A DNA stretch of 64,000 nt from a virus (Duplodnaviria > Caudoviricetes). Shown here piece after piece: positions 40,000 to 49,269 of the stretch (positions are counted from its first letter, which is position 1; the number at the start of each line of letters is the position of its first letter). The DNA lies in the IMG/VR virus record IMGVR_UViG_3300031953_000004, positions 18,433-82,432 of that record; one strand, written 5' to 3'. The position numbers were made by a program, and so were the translations under genes. The notes under the pieces are model-generated. The model saw nothing but the letters and a program-made list of their open reading frames with translations. It was not told the DNA's origin and did not search any database.

Positions 40000-40260
40000 T
40001 CAATTTGAAATTACTTTAATATAATCCATCGCCTCGCCAACATTGTGGGCAAGGGCTTGCATTGCGGTTTCCTCTGTGCCAAAAGAGAAATCTTCGAGAG
40101 CGTATAATGTATCTCCAATGATTCCCTTTTTAAATACACAGATGGCTGCAGAGAACGAATGTTTCTCATCATCAAAAATTGATAAGCTCATCACCCTGTT
40201 CGGGTAGTACTCCGCGATCTTCATTGCCACAAGTGGGTCGATTCGTTTCATAACCGTCAT
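40000..40260 (-). CDS. Hypothetical protein
   Basis: 86 aa, coupled to the exonuclease gene. Confidence 0.55.
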   Translation of the reverse strand: MTVMKRIDPLVAMKIAEYYPNRVMSLSIFDDEKHSFSAAICVFKKGIIGDTLYALEDFSFGTEETAMQALAHNVGEAMDYIKVISN

Positions 40261-40261
40261 C

Positions 40262-41101
40262 TTACTTAGTTTTAAGTGATTCCATCAGGATAAAGGCCGA
40301 AGCGTATTTCTCCTTCAGATAATCTCCACGATTAAGTTTCATAGATACCAGGTTCCACATCTCGATAAAGGTGTCGATCCCGTGGAGTATTCCGTACTTA
40401 TCTGTATACTGCTTAACAGCTCCTATGAATAGTGGTAGGCCACCAGCACCGTTCATCATAACCTTGAATTTATTCAAAGCAGAAGGACCAAAGCCTTTTA
40501 ATCCAGGAATGCAATCTGTGGTATCACCTAAAAGTATCTGGTGGATAAGTATTTCAAAGCCTTCCTCATCATCGGTATAGGTAAGCTGCCCGATATCCAT
40601 CTGATAGTGATATCCTACCACCTGTTTCAGATCCTTGTCGTGAGAGAAGATAAAGGTCTTCTCCCCGTCCTGTAGCATCGACAAAAGATCATCCGCTTCC
40701 AGATCGTCATAGACAAGGATCGGGTACCGCTTTGCTATGAATGATACCACACTGGCCATATCAGTCCACTTCCCTTCATAGTCATACGGATCGACCTTGT
40801 CTGCCCTTGTGCCTTTGTATTTCTTGCATTGGGCAACGCCGTTCCGGAACACTTGTTTGGAGGGTGCCGAGAAACAGAAGATGTAGGACTTCGCCTGGAA
40901 CTTGTTGAATATGTCATTAGAGAGGTATTCATCTAATACGCCCTCTACAAGTGCCTGACTATAGGTTTCCCCTTCCTGTAATTTCTGAAACACCCTGTAC
41001 ACTACAAGGTGCTTGTAGCGGTCGGCATCTATCAATGCGACCTTATCGTCAAAATATTTCTTTACGTAGGCCCCTGTGGAGCCTGGTGCTGTAAAACTCA
41101 T
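40262..41101 (-). CDS. 5'-3' exonuclease / flap endonuclease
   Basis: LEADDLL, SHDKDLKQ, LLGDTTDCIPGLKGFGP (H3TH); likely start ATG 41101. Confidence 0.9.
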   Translation of the reverse strand: MSFTAPGSTGAYVKKYFDDKVALIDADRYKHLVVYRVFQKLQEGETYSQALVEGVLDEYLSNDIFNKFQAKSYIFCFSAPSKQVFRNGVAQCKKYKGTRADKVDPYDYEGKWTDMASVVSFIAKRYPILVYDDLEADDLLSMLQDGEKTFIFSHDKDLKQVVGYHYQMDIGQLTYTDDEEGFEILIHQILLGDTTDCIPGLKGFGPSALNKFKVMMNGAGGLPLFIGAVKQYTDKYGILHGIDTFIEMWNLVSMKLNRGDYLKEKYASAFILMESLKTK

Positions 41102-41103
41102 AG

Positions 41104-41247
41104 TTAAGAATTTAAGTATTTGCATTCTCCAAGTTCGATGCATTTCTTCTCATCACAATCCCATTCTTCAGGATCTAATGGATGATTGCATTTATAGGCT
41201 TTACATTTTGGAGTAGCCTCTGTAAACAATGTATTTGCTCTGCTCAT
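41104..41247 (-). CDS. 47-aa Cys-rich peptide (not in ORF track)
   Basis: MSRANTLFTEATPKCKAYKCNHPLDPEEWDCDEKKCIELGECKYLNS. Confidence 0.5.
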   Translation of the reverse strand: MSRANTLFTEATPKCKAYKCNHPLDPEEWDCDEKKCIELGECKYLNS

Positions 41248-41284
41248 AATTATCCATTATTATTAATATTTATAGTATTCTATT

Positions 41285-41533
41285 TTATGTAACTGTCTTT
41301 TTTTCATTTTCTATAGTTTCTGAAAATTTTAATGAGCATTCATCACAACATAGTTTATTCCCTCTGTTGGTAAATGCTAATCCTATAAAATCACAATCCT
41401 TAAACTTTTTTCTGCAAAACCAACATAATTTTTCTTTTCTTATTTTTAAAATGCTTTCAACGTTTGAGAATGGATGTTTAACGAAATTTATTGTTGTATT
41501 AAATGTTGATGTTACTGTTTTAACAAAATTCAT
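41285..41533 (-). CDS. Small zinc-finger protein
   Basis: CWFC...CCDEC. Confidence 0.55.
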   Translation of the reverse strand: MNFVKTVTSTFNTTINFVKHPFSNVESILKIRKEKLCWFCRKKFKDCDFIGLAFTNRGNKLCCDECSLKFSETIENEKKTVT

Positions 41534-41590
41534 AATTCTAAGTTTATTTGATTTAAAAAAAAATCTAATTGCATTGAACCGAAGTTACAT

Positions 41591-41905
41591 TTAGACAGGA
41601 TAAACTTTGTCTTCTGGAAAACCGCCAGTGTATCTTCCGCACATTCTTTTTGTTACAATCCAATTGTTTTGTTTTTCAGCTACAACCTCGAACATGCCTT
41701 CGTCATTTAAATTATATTTGAATTTATCACCAACTTTCAAGCTGTCTAAACGTGTTACAATACTGTATATAGACAATTTTTCAGCTTGCTCTATTGCATC
41801 GCTCAAATGTAATAACAGGTCGTATTTGTTGTTTGGATCTAATTGCCCGTTTTTTATTTCTTCGGCTATTAGTAATGCGTTTTTAATTCTTTTTTTTATT
41901 TCCAT
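41591..41905 (-). CDS. Hypothetical protein
   Basis: 104 aa, AT-rich. Confidence 0.5.
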   Translation of the reverse strand: MEIKKRIKNALLIAEEIKNGQLDPNNKYDLLLHLSDAIEQAEKLSIYSIVTRLDSLKVGDKFKYNLNDEGMFEVVAEKQNNWIVTKRMCGRYTGGFPEDKVYPV

Positions 41906-41907
41906 AG

Positions 41908-43290
41908 TTAAGATTTTAAAAAGTGAACACCGTACTTCGCCCTAGTGATTGCAGTGTATATAGCCTGCAACTTCCTTTTGGGTGTGAGTGGTCCGGTTTG
42001 TAATATGTCATTGATATCTACATATACATCGGAGTATGTAGATCCCTGACTCTTGTAAACACTTGCTGCATATCCATAGGAATAGTTGCAGAACGTCTTC
42101 TTCAAATTCCAGAAGGCTTCCCATAGGAACCTCCGGCTTGAAGGTGCTGCCTTCTTGGCTTTCTGTGATAACTCGAATAAGGCGGTCTGATAGATCATCT
42201 CCCCCTCGGGGGTAGTAGATATCAGATATTGATTCGGACGGCCTACCAGGTGTGCCCTGTACGCATCAATCTTATAAGAGATATCTCCTTGATTGAACCG
42301 TACCACGAAGTTCTGTACCTCCCCGATCCTCAGCAATTCTGAATTGAACAGGATATATTCCACCTTATCTTCTACCATCTTGTAGAAGTTGTCTTTCATA
42401 ATGACCACATCCCCAGGTACCAATTTATGGTGTGGGTTTCTAAGTAGGTAATCTCTGATATATGGGTTCCACTTGTCAATGGTCTTGTTCCGGTAGGCAA
42501 TAAGCCTTGTGGTCATAATATCCTTCTCTGATATGTGTTTCAGGACATCGTGATACCTCACAAAGCTATAGCCAATACCATCAGTCATATTCGGTTTCCT
42601 TATCGCATCCAGTACTACCTGTATGTTCTGCTCTCCGAAGATCTGTTCCCGGATGATATCCGATAGTTCCAGTATGGAGTTCCCTGCAACCTGCCGTACC
42701 CTCTCGGTAAGTTCGTGCTTGCAATGGTCAGGGATATCATAACTGAATACAGGGGAATCGGCATCGACCTCTACATCAATACCAGCATTAATAGGTGGTA
42801 ACTGTGCCTTATCTCCAATGAAGATAATCTTGCTGAATATCGGTGCCTTGTTGACCACGATCTCCAACATCTCCTGAGTGAACATAGAAACCTCATCGAA
42901 CACGAATACAGGGATGCTCATAGTTCCTACCAATGGCCCATCATTGAATGATGCATATGCAAAGCTTCGCTCTCCTGTCCTCTGGTTGATGACTTCTTCC
43001 ATTCCATAGGCCTTGGCAAAGGTGAATACGTTGGGAATGAACTCACCCAGCACGTTCTTTGCTGAGTGAGCCAATGTAATTCCCGCGACGTTCATTCCTG
43101 AGAACCCCTGAGCCGTACCGTTCCTGTCTGCTTCTATATGTTCAGCCAACAGGTATTGCAGGACAAAGGTTTTGCCCACACCGGGTTTTCCCGTCAAAAG
43201 GAATATCCGGTCAGAGCCATTTAAAAAGGATTGCATCTTCGGATGCAGTTCAGCTTGACTTTTGGTCAATTGAATATCCACGTCGTTCAT
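41908..43290 (-). CDS. SF1B (Dda/RecD-like) DNA helicase
   Basis: GKPGVGKT, DEVSM, GDKAQLPP, YAASVYKSQGSTY, YTAITRA. Confidence 0.93.
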   Translation of the reverse strand: MNDVDIQLTKSQAELHPKMQSFLNGSDRIFLLTGKPGVGKTFVLQYLLAEHIEADRNGTAQGFSGMNVAGITLAHSAKNVLGEFIPNVFTFAKAYGMEEVINQRTGERSFAYASFNDGPLVGTMSIPVFVFDEVSMFTQEMLEIVVNKAPIFSKIIFIGDKAQLPPINAGIDVEVDADSPVFSYDIPDHCKHELTERVRQVAGNSILELSDIIREQIFGEQNIQVVLDAIRKPNMTDGIGYSFVRYHDVLKHISEKDIMTTRLIAYRNKTIDKWNPYIRDYLLRNPHHKLVPGDVVIMKDNFYKMVEDKVEYILFNSELLRIGEVQNFVVRFNQGDISYKIDAYRAHLVGRPNQYLISTTPEGEMIYQTALFELSQKAKKAAPSSRRFLWEAFWNLKKTFCNYSYGYAASVYKSQGSTYSDVYVDINDILQTGPLTPKRKLQAIYTAITRAKYGVHFLKS

Positions 43291-43435
43291 CTATTCTGTT
43301 TTGTCGTTTAGCTCTTTGCATAAGGTAACAACCTACGGAGATCACGACTACGGAACGGAACACTTGTTTCGTCACGTAGCTGGTAGCCCATATCGCTCCA
43401 AGCCTTGCTCCCTGAGCAATTAATAAATAAAACAT
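43250..43435 (-). CDS. Small hypothetical protein
   Basis: 61 aa with hydrophobic segments. Confidence 0.4.
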   Translation of the reverse strand: MFYLLIAQGARLGAIWATSYVTKQVFRSVVVISVGCYLMQRAKRQNRIDERRGYSIDQKSS

Positions 43436-43445
43436 TTAATTGGTT

Positions 43446-43817
43446 TTAAAAGTGAAAGCCAAACGGTGCTAAGTGCGCCGTGGCCCTGTCTATAAATGAA
43501 TTAAGATCATCTGCTGTCCACCTGTCAGGTGTTTTAGGTATTCTGCTATTCAACATATCCAAAGGCCAAAATTGCATTAGCATTGGTTGCATTTCTGAAA
43601 AATCATTCCCGAAATGGTCTGCTGCCTTGATAATGAAAGCCCTATATAAGCCTTCCTGGTTCGAGTTAATAACCTTAGATTTCACTTCCAGCGTTACAGT
43701 TATTATTTCTTCTGAACGTCTATAGTGATCTATAAGCTTATTCCACAACTTAAGTTTAGAAGAATCAGACGGAGTTAAATTCTCCGTCTGATCAACTATA
43801 CATTTAAAGATATGCAT
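43446..43817 (-). CDS. Hypothetical protein, possibly NinB-like
   Basis: NQEGLY..IIK..ADHFG and the closing DDLNSFID pattern. Confidence 0.45.
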   Translation of the reverse strand: MHIFKCIVDQTENLTPSDSSKLKLWNKLIDHYRRSEEIITVTLEVKSKVINSNQEGLYRAFIIKAADHFGNDFSEMQPMLMQFWPLDMLNSRIPKTPDRWTADDLNSFIDRATAHLAPFGFHF

Positions 43818-44908
43818 TAAAATGCAAGTCCATCACCCCCGTGAATGGGATTCCCCTGTGCATCCTTCTTCCAGTCCGCAAGGGAGTTGTCCACAAGGAG
43901 TTCATACGTCCATCCTTTGGCAAGGTAACCATCGATCTGTGATTGCGTTCCCGCAGTCTTCATCAGTATCGGGTGGTTATCTCCTGTCGATGCTGGTGCT
44001 GGTGGAGGTGTTGCCCATTCCGCAAAACCGGCAGCTGCTACTGGTGGTGCAACAGGTGGAGCCGAGATAGGTGCTGCCGGAGGTGCGCTTGGCGCTGGTG
44101 CAGCGGGTGGACCTGCAGGTGCCGGAGGGGGAGTAGGCGTTGCCCATTCCGCAAAACCAGCATCCACGATCTGCTGATCGCTCCATCCAGAGGCGTTGTA
44201 TTGTTCCTTGGTGTATGCCTGACCAGGCTTCATCCTGAAAGTCCTACCTGCAGCCGGTGGCGATTGTGGTGAGCCTGCTGCTCCGGTGTTCTCTGCAGGT
44301 TCATTAAAGGCTTTCCCTGTTCTCATAAAGGCTTGTCCCTCGTGGGATTCCTTTAGCATCTTCCTTATGAAATGTGGAAGTGTCCGGAAGTTATCGCTCT
44401 CGAACCCATCGCTGATGTGAAAGAAATGCAAGGGGTTAATGATATCGACCTTTGGTTCTATAAGATCGAACATCTTCATATTCCGATTGTCCAGAGGGGC
44501 AATGGAAGTGATGTCCATATACTTCTCGTTTTTGGAATGGATGATGCTCGCCACGAACTGCTTTCCAAGCAAGCTTCCGAAATCAAAAGCATCGGCCTCC
44601 TGGTCTGTTAGCTTACGGGCAATCATGTTCTCGACGAAGTCTTTTCTTAATCCTGCATCCTTGTACATTGAAAATGTTTTGAACACTTGAATGGCATAAG
44701 GTTTTACGCCATCTCCTTCCCAGAACTCTGCCTGTTCCTGTGATGTTTCAAAGCTAAGGCATAACTGTCTTTTAGGATCGTAATACTTACTATCCTGTGT
44801 CCCCAGATCTGCAAGTCCATAAAGGCTTACAAGGTATTGCCCTGGTGCTAAATTAGGCACTTCAATCTTCTTACTGTTCCCTCCTGCGGGTGCTGTGAAA
44901 TTTGACAT
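43817..44908 (-). CDS. Putative ssDNA-binding protein with Pro/Ala-rich tail
   Basis: N-terminal LAPGQYLVSLYGLADLGTQ OB-like domain of phage SSB type; Pro-rich linker; duplicated C-terminal module. Confidence 0.6.
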   Translation of the reverse strand: MSNFTAPAGGNSKKIEVPNLAPGQYLVSLYGLADLGTQDSKYYDPKRQLCLSFETSQEQAEFWEGDGVKPYAIQVFKTFSMYKDAGLRKDFVENMIARKLTDQEADAFDFGSLLGKQFVASIIHSKNEKYMDITSIAPLDNRNMKMFDLIEPKVDIINPLHFFHISDGFESDNFRTLPHFIRKMLKESHEGQAFMRTGKAFNEPAENTGAAGSPQSPPAAGRTFRMKPGQAYTKEQYNASGWSDQQIVDAGFAEWATPTPPPAPAGPPAAPAPSAPPAAPISAPPVAPPVAAAGFAEWATPPPAPASTGDNHPILMKTAGTQSQIDGYLAKGWTYELLVDNSLADWKKDAQGNPIHGGDGLAF

Positions 44909-44920
44909 AGTATTTGTTTT

Positions 44921-45208
44921 TTAGAACCTACGGCCCCTCTCTACCGTAAGGGAGAAGTAACCATAGATATTGATTTTGGTTTTTATTTTGCGAACTGTGT
45001 TGATGAGGTAGAAGATGTTGGTGAAGTAACTTACCAGTACATCTCTTACAATAGATTCATCGATATTCAAATTGATTGCAACCTGAGATACGTGTTCCTT
45101 GAAATTGTCTGTGTCAAAGACATTTCCCTGAAGGTATTCTTTAGCCCGTTCCCTCTTTATATTTTTTAGGTTCCCGGGGAATATGAATTTCTTTTGGATT
45201 TTAAACAT
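44921..45208 (-). CDS. Degenerate HU/IHF-like protein
   Basis: VSQVAINLNIDESIVRDVL..INIYGYFSLTV resembles the HU helix-helix-strand core without the arms. Confidence 0.45.
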   Translation of the reverse strand: MFKIQKKFIFPGNLKNIKRERAKEYLQGNVFDTDNFKEHVSQVAINLNIDESIVRDVLVSYFTNIFYLINTVRKIKTKINIYGYFSLTVERGRRF

Positions 45209-45209
45209 C

Positions 45210-45497
45210 TCAATAAACGGTTTTATCCCGTAGTTGCTTTTTAAAGGCAGTAGGCAATGTAGCCTTTACCCGGTATCTTCTGGGAATAATCATTTCCTCT
45301 TGTGTCTGTGGATTCTTCTTTCTGGTTTCCGGAGAAACCGCTAAGGAGAAACTCACCAGGTCGGTGATGTTCACATTGATACCAAACAATAGTTTTTCTT
45401 TGACTATCGTAATCATTGTTGTAACAATAGAACGGACGACTTTTATATCCTCGCCCGTCCTGTTTGAAACTTCGCTTACTAATTGATTTCTATTCAT
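45210..45497 (-). CDS. HU/IHF-family DNA-binding protein
   Basis: MNRNQLVSEVSNRTG...KKNPQTQEEMIIP.RYRVKA. Confidence 0.9.
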   Translation of the reverse strand: MNRNQLVSEVSNRTGEDIKVVRSIVTTMITIVKEKLLFGINVNITDLVSFSLAVSPETRKKNPQTQEEMIIPRRYRVKATLPTAFKKQLRDKTVY

Positions 45498-45558
45498 ACT
45501 TTCTCGTTGTTAAGCGATAAATGTAATAAACAAAAACAAAATACAAGCTATTTTTATA

Positions 45559-47034
45559 CTATAAATTCTGATCGTTATAGGAAGACAATGTATAATTGTC
45601 AAAATCTATAAAGGTTCGAAAGGTACGGACTCCCGTATTCCTTCCTTTCGCCACGATGAACTTCGTTTCCCCTATAATCGATTTGGGGAGTTCTGCCGCA
45701 GCACCATCCTTCTGTTGGTAGTAAGCTTCCCTGAGTAAGAAGATCACCGTATCGGAATCTTCCTCTATGGAACCTGACTGCTTCAGGTCGGAGAGTACTG
45801 GCATATGCCCTGGTCGCTTATCCACATCCCTGTTGAGTTGTGCAAACTCTATTACAGGGATATTCAGTTCATTGGCAGTAGCCTTCAGTTCCCTTGTGAT
45901 CGTAGAGAGGTCAGACGTCCTATCACTCGATTGACGGTATAGCTTCATCAGCTGCACGTAATCGACAAAGACTTCCCTATACCCTTCCAGTACCAGCTTG
46001 CGTGTCCTGGCTATTATGTTTTCCAGAACATTCTTGTGGTGGGAGGTATCGTATATCCGGAGCTTCGACTCCTTGATGTACTTGATGCTCGCAATCACCT
46101 TTTCCTTCTCGGCATCGTCGAGCGTTCCCTTCCGGATCTTCGAGTAGGTAATGCCCGTAAGCCTTGCCGCTACCCTATAAATAAGGTCGGTGCTTGACAT
46201 TTCAAGGCTGAATATGGCCACGGGTACATTCTTTTCGAAGACCGCCCGTGATGCTATAGAAAGCATACAGGTGGTTTTTCCTACTCCCGGTCGAGAGGCT
46301 ATCGTGATCAGTTCCCTTTTCATAAAGCCACCTCCCCATTCGTCAAATTCTGAGATACCTGTATAGATACCCGGTGTTTCTCCTGCTCTTACGAGATTGA
46401 TTTTATTGATCAGTTCATCTTCCGCATCGTGGCTGTCTGCCAATCCACGTTTCTTCACCGCTACATTGCTTATCCTCGCGATACTGGTTTCTATCTTATC
46501 CATTACCTTGAAGATGTCCGTTTCATCCTTGAAAGCTTCGACGATCGTCTTTCGGGAATCTTTAATAAGTTCCCTCTGAACGAATTTCTGAAGTAGGATA
46601 TGGGTGTGGAAATCGATGTGCGCACCACTGCTGATTGCCTGAACAAGTTCTATCAGGTAATACTCGGCCCCCGCTTTAAGGAGGTTCTTGGTACGCTTCA
46701 GTTCCTCGGTCACGGTCAGCAAATCCACAGGGTTGTTGTTTCTATGTAAAGTGTCAATCGCCGTGAATATTGCCTGGTGCCGGCTATCGTGAAAGATCTC
46801 CCTTGACAGGATATCGATCACCTCCGGCACGCAACTCTGGTCTATGAGCATTGCCCCAAGGACTGCTTGTTCGAGGTCCTCTGACGATGGCAGTCGTCTC
46901 TCCACGCCTTCGTGTAGGTAGATGAATTCTTTCTGTACCAGTACCTCTTGTGGTTTGGCCCGTTGTGGTGGCAACGGGATCTCCGTCTTTACGGAGGGTG
47001 GTGACGGTATGTTTTCATTGTCTTCAGGTTTCAT
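45559..47034 (-). CDS. dnaB: Replicative helicase DnaB (full length, bacterial-type N-domain)
   Basis: LEQAVLGAMLID, SRPGVGKT, FSLEM, VDYVQLM, AQLNR, LSDLKQSGSIEEDSD, IVAKGRN. Confidence 0.96.
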   Translation of the reverse strand: MKPEDNENIPSPPSVKTEIPLPPQRAKPQEVLVQKEFIYLHEGVERRLPSSEDLEQAVLGAMLIDQSCVPEVIDILSREIFHDSRHQAIFTAIDTLHRNNNPVDLLTVTEELKRTKNLLKAGAEYYLIELVQAISSGAHIDFHTHILLQKFVQRELIKDSRKTIVEAFKDETDIFKVMDKIETSIARISNVAVKKRGLADSHDAEDELINKINLVRAGETPGIYTGISEFDEWGGGFMKRELITIASRPGVGKTTCMLSIASRAVFEKNVPVAIFSLEMSSTDLIYRVAARLTGITYSKIRKGTLDDAEKEKVIASIKYIKESKLRIYDTSHHKNVLENIIARTRKLVLEGYREVFVDYVQLMKLYRQSSDRTSDLSTITRELKATANELNIPVIEFAQLNRDVDKRPGHMPVLSDLKQSGSIEEDSDTVIFLLREAYYQQKDGAAAELPKSIIGETKFIVAKGRNTGVRTFRTFIDFDNYTLSSYNDQNL

Positions 47035-47242
47035 CGTCTTGCATTAGGTCTATATCCTTTGTCACATCATCCTTATACCGCAATACGGTAAAGGCGGTGG
47101 CTTCGCTGTCAGGATCTTGCATCATCTCCAATGCAAGCTGCGCAGCGTGTCGGTGAGAGGTTGCCCCTCCCACTTCTACTTCCCACGTTACGTGGTACTC
47201 TTCGTATTCATTTGGTTCCTTCTGTTGTTTAGACATAATCAA
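47024..47242 (-). CDS. Acidic hypothetical protein
   Basis: 72 aa, operonic. Confidence 0.6.
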   Translation of the reverse strand: MIMSKQQKEPNEYEEYHVTWEVEVGGATSHRHAAQLALEMMQDPDSEATAFTVLRYKDDVTKDIDLMQDDET

Positions 47243-47493
47243 TCTTCTTTTTGATCTGTGATTCTATAACCCCACCAGCCTGAATAGCTTAGTCCATCTT
47301 GTTCATCTTCCTCGGGAACTTTATCTTTTCCATAGCGAACACTTGTAGTTAGTTCGCCCATTAGATAACCTTCCCTAACCATACTGAATATGCGTTCTTC
47401 TGCATCCTCTTCCAGAGCTTCTTTATGTGCCTCCGGAATATCAATACCGCTATCGCAAGTCCAATGATAATCTATGACAATATGCTTTCTCAT
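47239..47493 (-). CDS. Acidic hypothetical protein
   Basis: 84 aa, operonic. Confidence 0.6.
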   Translation of the reverse strand: MRKHIVIDYHWTCDSGIDIPEAHKEALEEDAEERIFSMVREGYLMGELTTSVRYGKDKVPEEDEQDGLSYSGWWGYRITDQKED

Positions 47494-47514
47494 AAGTTCT
47501 AATGATTTAAATTA

Positions 47515-48849
47515 TTAACTCGCCAATTTCAGCGATCTCTTTTTCCTCTTGGGCTTACCAGCTTTAGCGATCAGCTTCATATTACTACGAACCAATGACA
47601 ATATTTCCTTATCATATTTCATAGGAAGATTATCATATCCACGCACCTGTAACACTTCAAGCCTCTTGGGATCCACTTCAATCGTTGCAATCTTCTTTCC
47701 TTTCATAGTCGCTGAAAAGAGCAGTGTGTCTTTATTTTGATACTCGCTTTCGTAAACACAATGCTTCAAGATTTTACCTTCTCTTTTGATAGCGCTCTCG
47801 CTTTTTAGGAAAGTAACTTTAAAGATTTTGTTGGAGAATGTAATACCCATATAGGCTGCTTTCCTTTTTGTATAAGGAAACTGAGCGAGGTAATCTTTCC
47901 GTAGTTGTTCTGCATTCAACTCATCCCTTCGTATTTTAGCACGTGCTCTATCTCTCTGCCTTGTTTTTCTTGCGAGAAATATATCATGTTCCTTTTTAAG
48001 GTCTTTAGGACAGACATATACAGGGCTTCTTAAATCATTTCCGAAATGTTTTAGGAACTCAATGTAATCCAACCACATAGATGCATCTTTTATTATGTAT
48101 TTGTTCCGGATGCAAATCTTTATGGAAGCCCAGTTGCTCGAAATGTCATTAGGGTAACTGGCAAGCCTGTTTAATAAATGATACTGCTTGGCTTTCAATA
48201 GCGTTTCCGCTTGCGGGTTCTCTGGCAATATCGTTATAGCTTCCAGTACCGTAAGCCCTATCAGGTTCTTGTCGATACCTATCCTGGCATATTCTTTTTT
48301 GAATTGTGATTCAGGTAGGTATTTGTAAGGCAAGATTCTGTATTTGTTACTGTTGTAATAAGCAGTACCTTCTTTTCGTATAGCCCAATTTCCCCAGCTC
48401 CACGAATCCCCATAGTAACTCATATGGTGAAGTTCTCCAATCATTGTGAGCTTCCCTTTGGGGTTAATCCAGTACTCCAAGACATCCCGCACGATATATT
48501 CGACCTTACGGCCTTTCTTGTAATGCGCTTTGATCTCGAAATTACTGATCACCTGAAAGTCTCCATAGACCATAGCTAAAGATATATACTCTAGTTGATG
48601 ATCAGTTCTTGTTCTCGAATACTCTGCCTTTACTTTTGTATGACAATGTGGACAGGTGGCCTGTTTATTCTTAACAAACTTGGGGTCGAATGTATTTCCG
48701 CAGTCCAGGCAAAATATACTGGTCTTGTTGTAGTATGCTTTATGTAGCAGACACTTGTCAAAAACCCATTTTTTCTGTGCTTCTGTAAGCTTTGGAAGTT
48801 GTTGGGTAAGTTCTGTAACCTCTAACTGTAATTTCGTCCTCGCTTTCAT
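47515..48849 (-). CDS. pcfJ: PcfJ-like protein
   Basis: Two CxxC zinc motifs; WLDYIEFL..FGNDLRSP.YVCPKDLKKEHD; EGKILKHCVY; IATIEV...QVRG. Confidence 0.88.
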   Translation of the reverse strand: MKARTKLQLEVTELTQQLPKLTEAQKKWVFDKCLLHKAYYNKTSIFCLDCGNTFDPKFVKNKQATCPHCHTKVKAEYSRTRTDHQLEYISLAMVYGDFQVISNFEIKAHYKKGRKVEYIVRDVLEYWINPKGKLTMIGELHHMSYYGDSWSWGNWAIRKEGTAYYNSNKYRILPYKYLPESQFKKEYARIGIDKNLIGLTVLEAITILPENPQAETLLKAKQYHLLNRLASYPNDISSNWASIKICIRNKYIIKDASMWLDYIEFLKHFGNDLRSPVYVCPKDLKKEHDIFLARKTRQRDRARAKIRRDELNAEQLRKDYLAQFPYTKRKAAYMGITFSNKIFKVTFLKSESAIKREGKILKHCVYESEYQNKDTLLFSATMKGKKIATIEVDPKRLEVLQVRGYDNLPMKYDKEILSLVRSNMKLIAKAGKPKRKKRSLKLAS

Positions 48850-48855
48850 AGCTGT

Positions 48856-49269
48856 TTAGAATAAAGTTCCTATTGCAGAATCACCGGAGTTCTTTTTGGT
48901 TTCTGTCTTGGCCGGTTTCTTTTTAATCCGTGCCACTTCATCGGCAATGACCTTCTCCCGGGCTTTCTCCTTCAACTCCACTATCTCTTCCGGGGTGAGC
49001 TTCACCTCGTGGTTAACTATGACCTGAGCGTTTACAGGACTGCCTACTTTGATGTCTTCTTCATCGTAGTAGTGCATGGCCATACCATACACTTCGCTGT
49101 CCTCCATTCCGTTCATCCCCGATTTCTTTACCTGATTCAATATGTAGGTCAGGCAATCGTCGATGTTCTTCTTGGGGTTCTTCAGCTTCTCAGCGAATAC
49201 GCTGTTAACACCAGCAACACCGTCGAGGTATTGCTGGATGGATCTTTTAAATACTTCAGATGTTTTCAT
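48856..49269 (-). CDS. pcfK: PcfK-like / AcrIIA9-family protein
   Basis: FKRSIQQYLD..KNIDDCLTYILNQVKKSG..GMEDSEVYGMAMHYYDEEDIKVG..VIVNHEVKLT; adjacent to pcfJ. Confidence 0.9.
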   Translation of the reverse strand: MKTSEVFKRSIQQYLDGVAGVNSVFAEKLKNPKKNIDDCLTYILNQVKKSGMNGMEDSEVYGMAMHYYDEEDIKVGSPVNAQVIVNHEVKLTPEEIVELKEKAREKVIADEVARIKKKPAKTETKKNSGDSAIGTLF

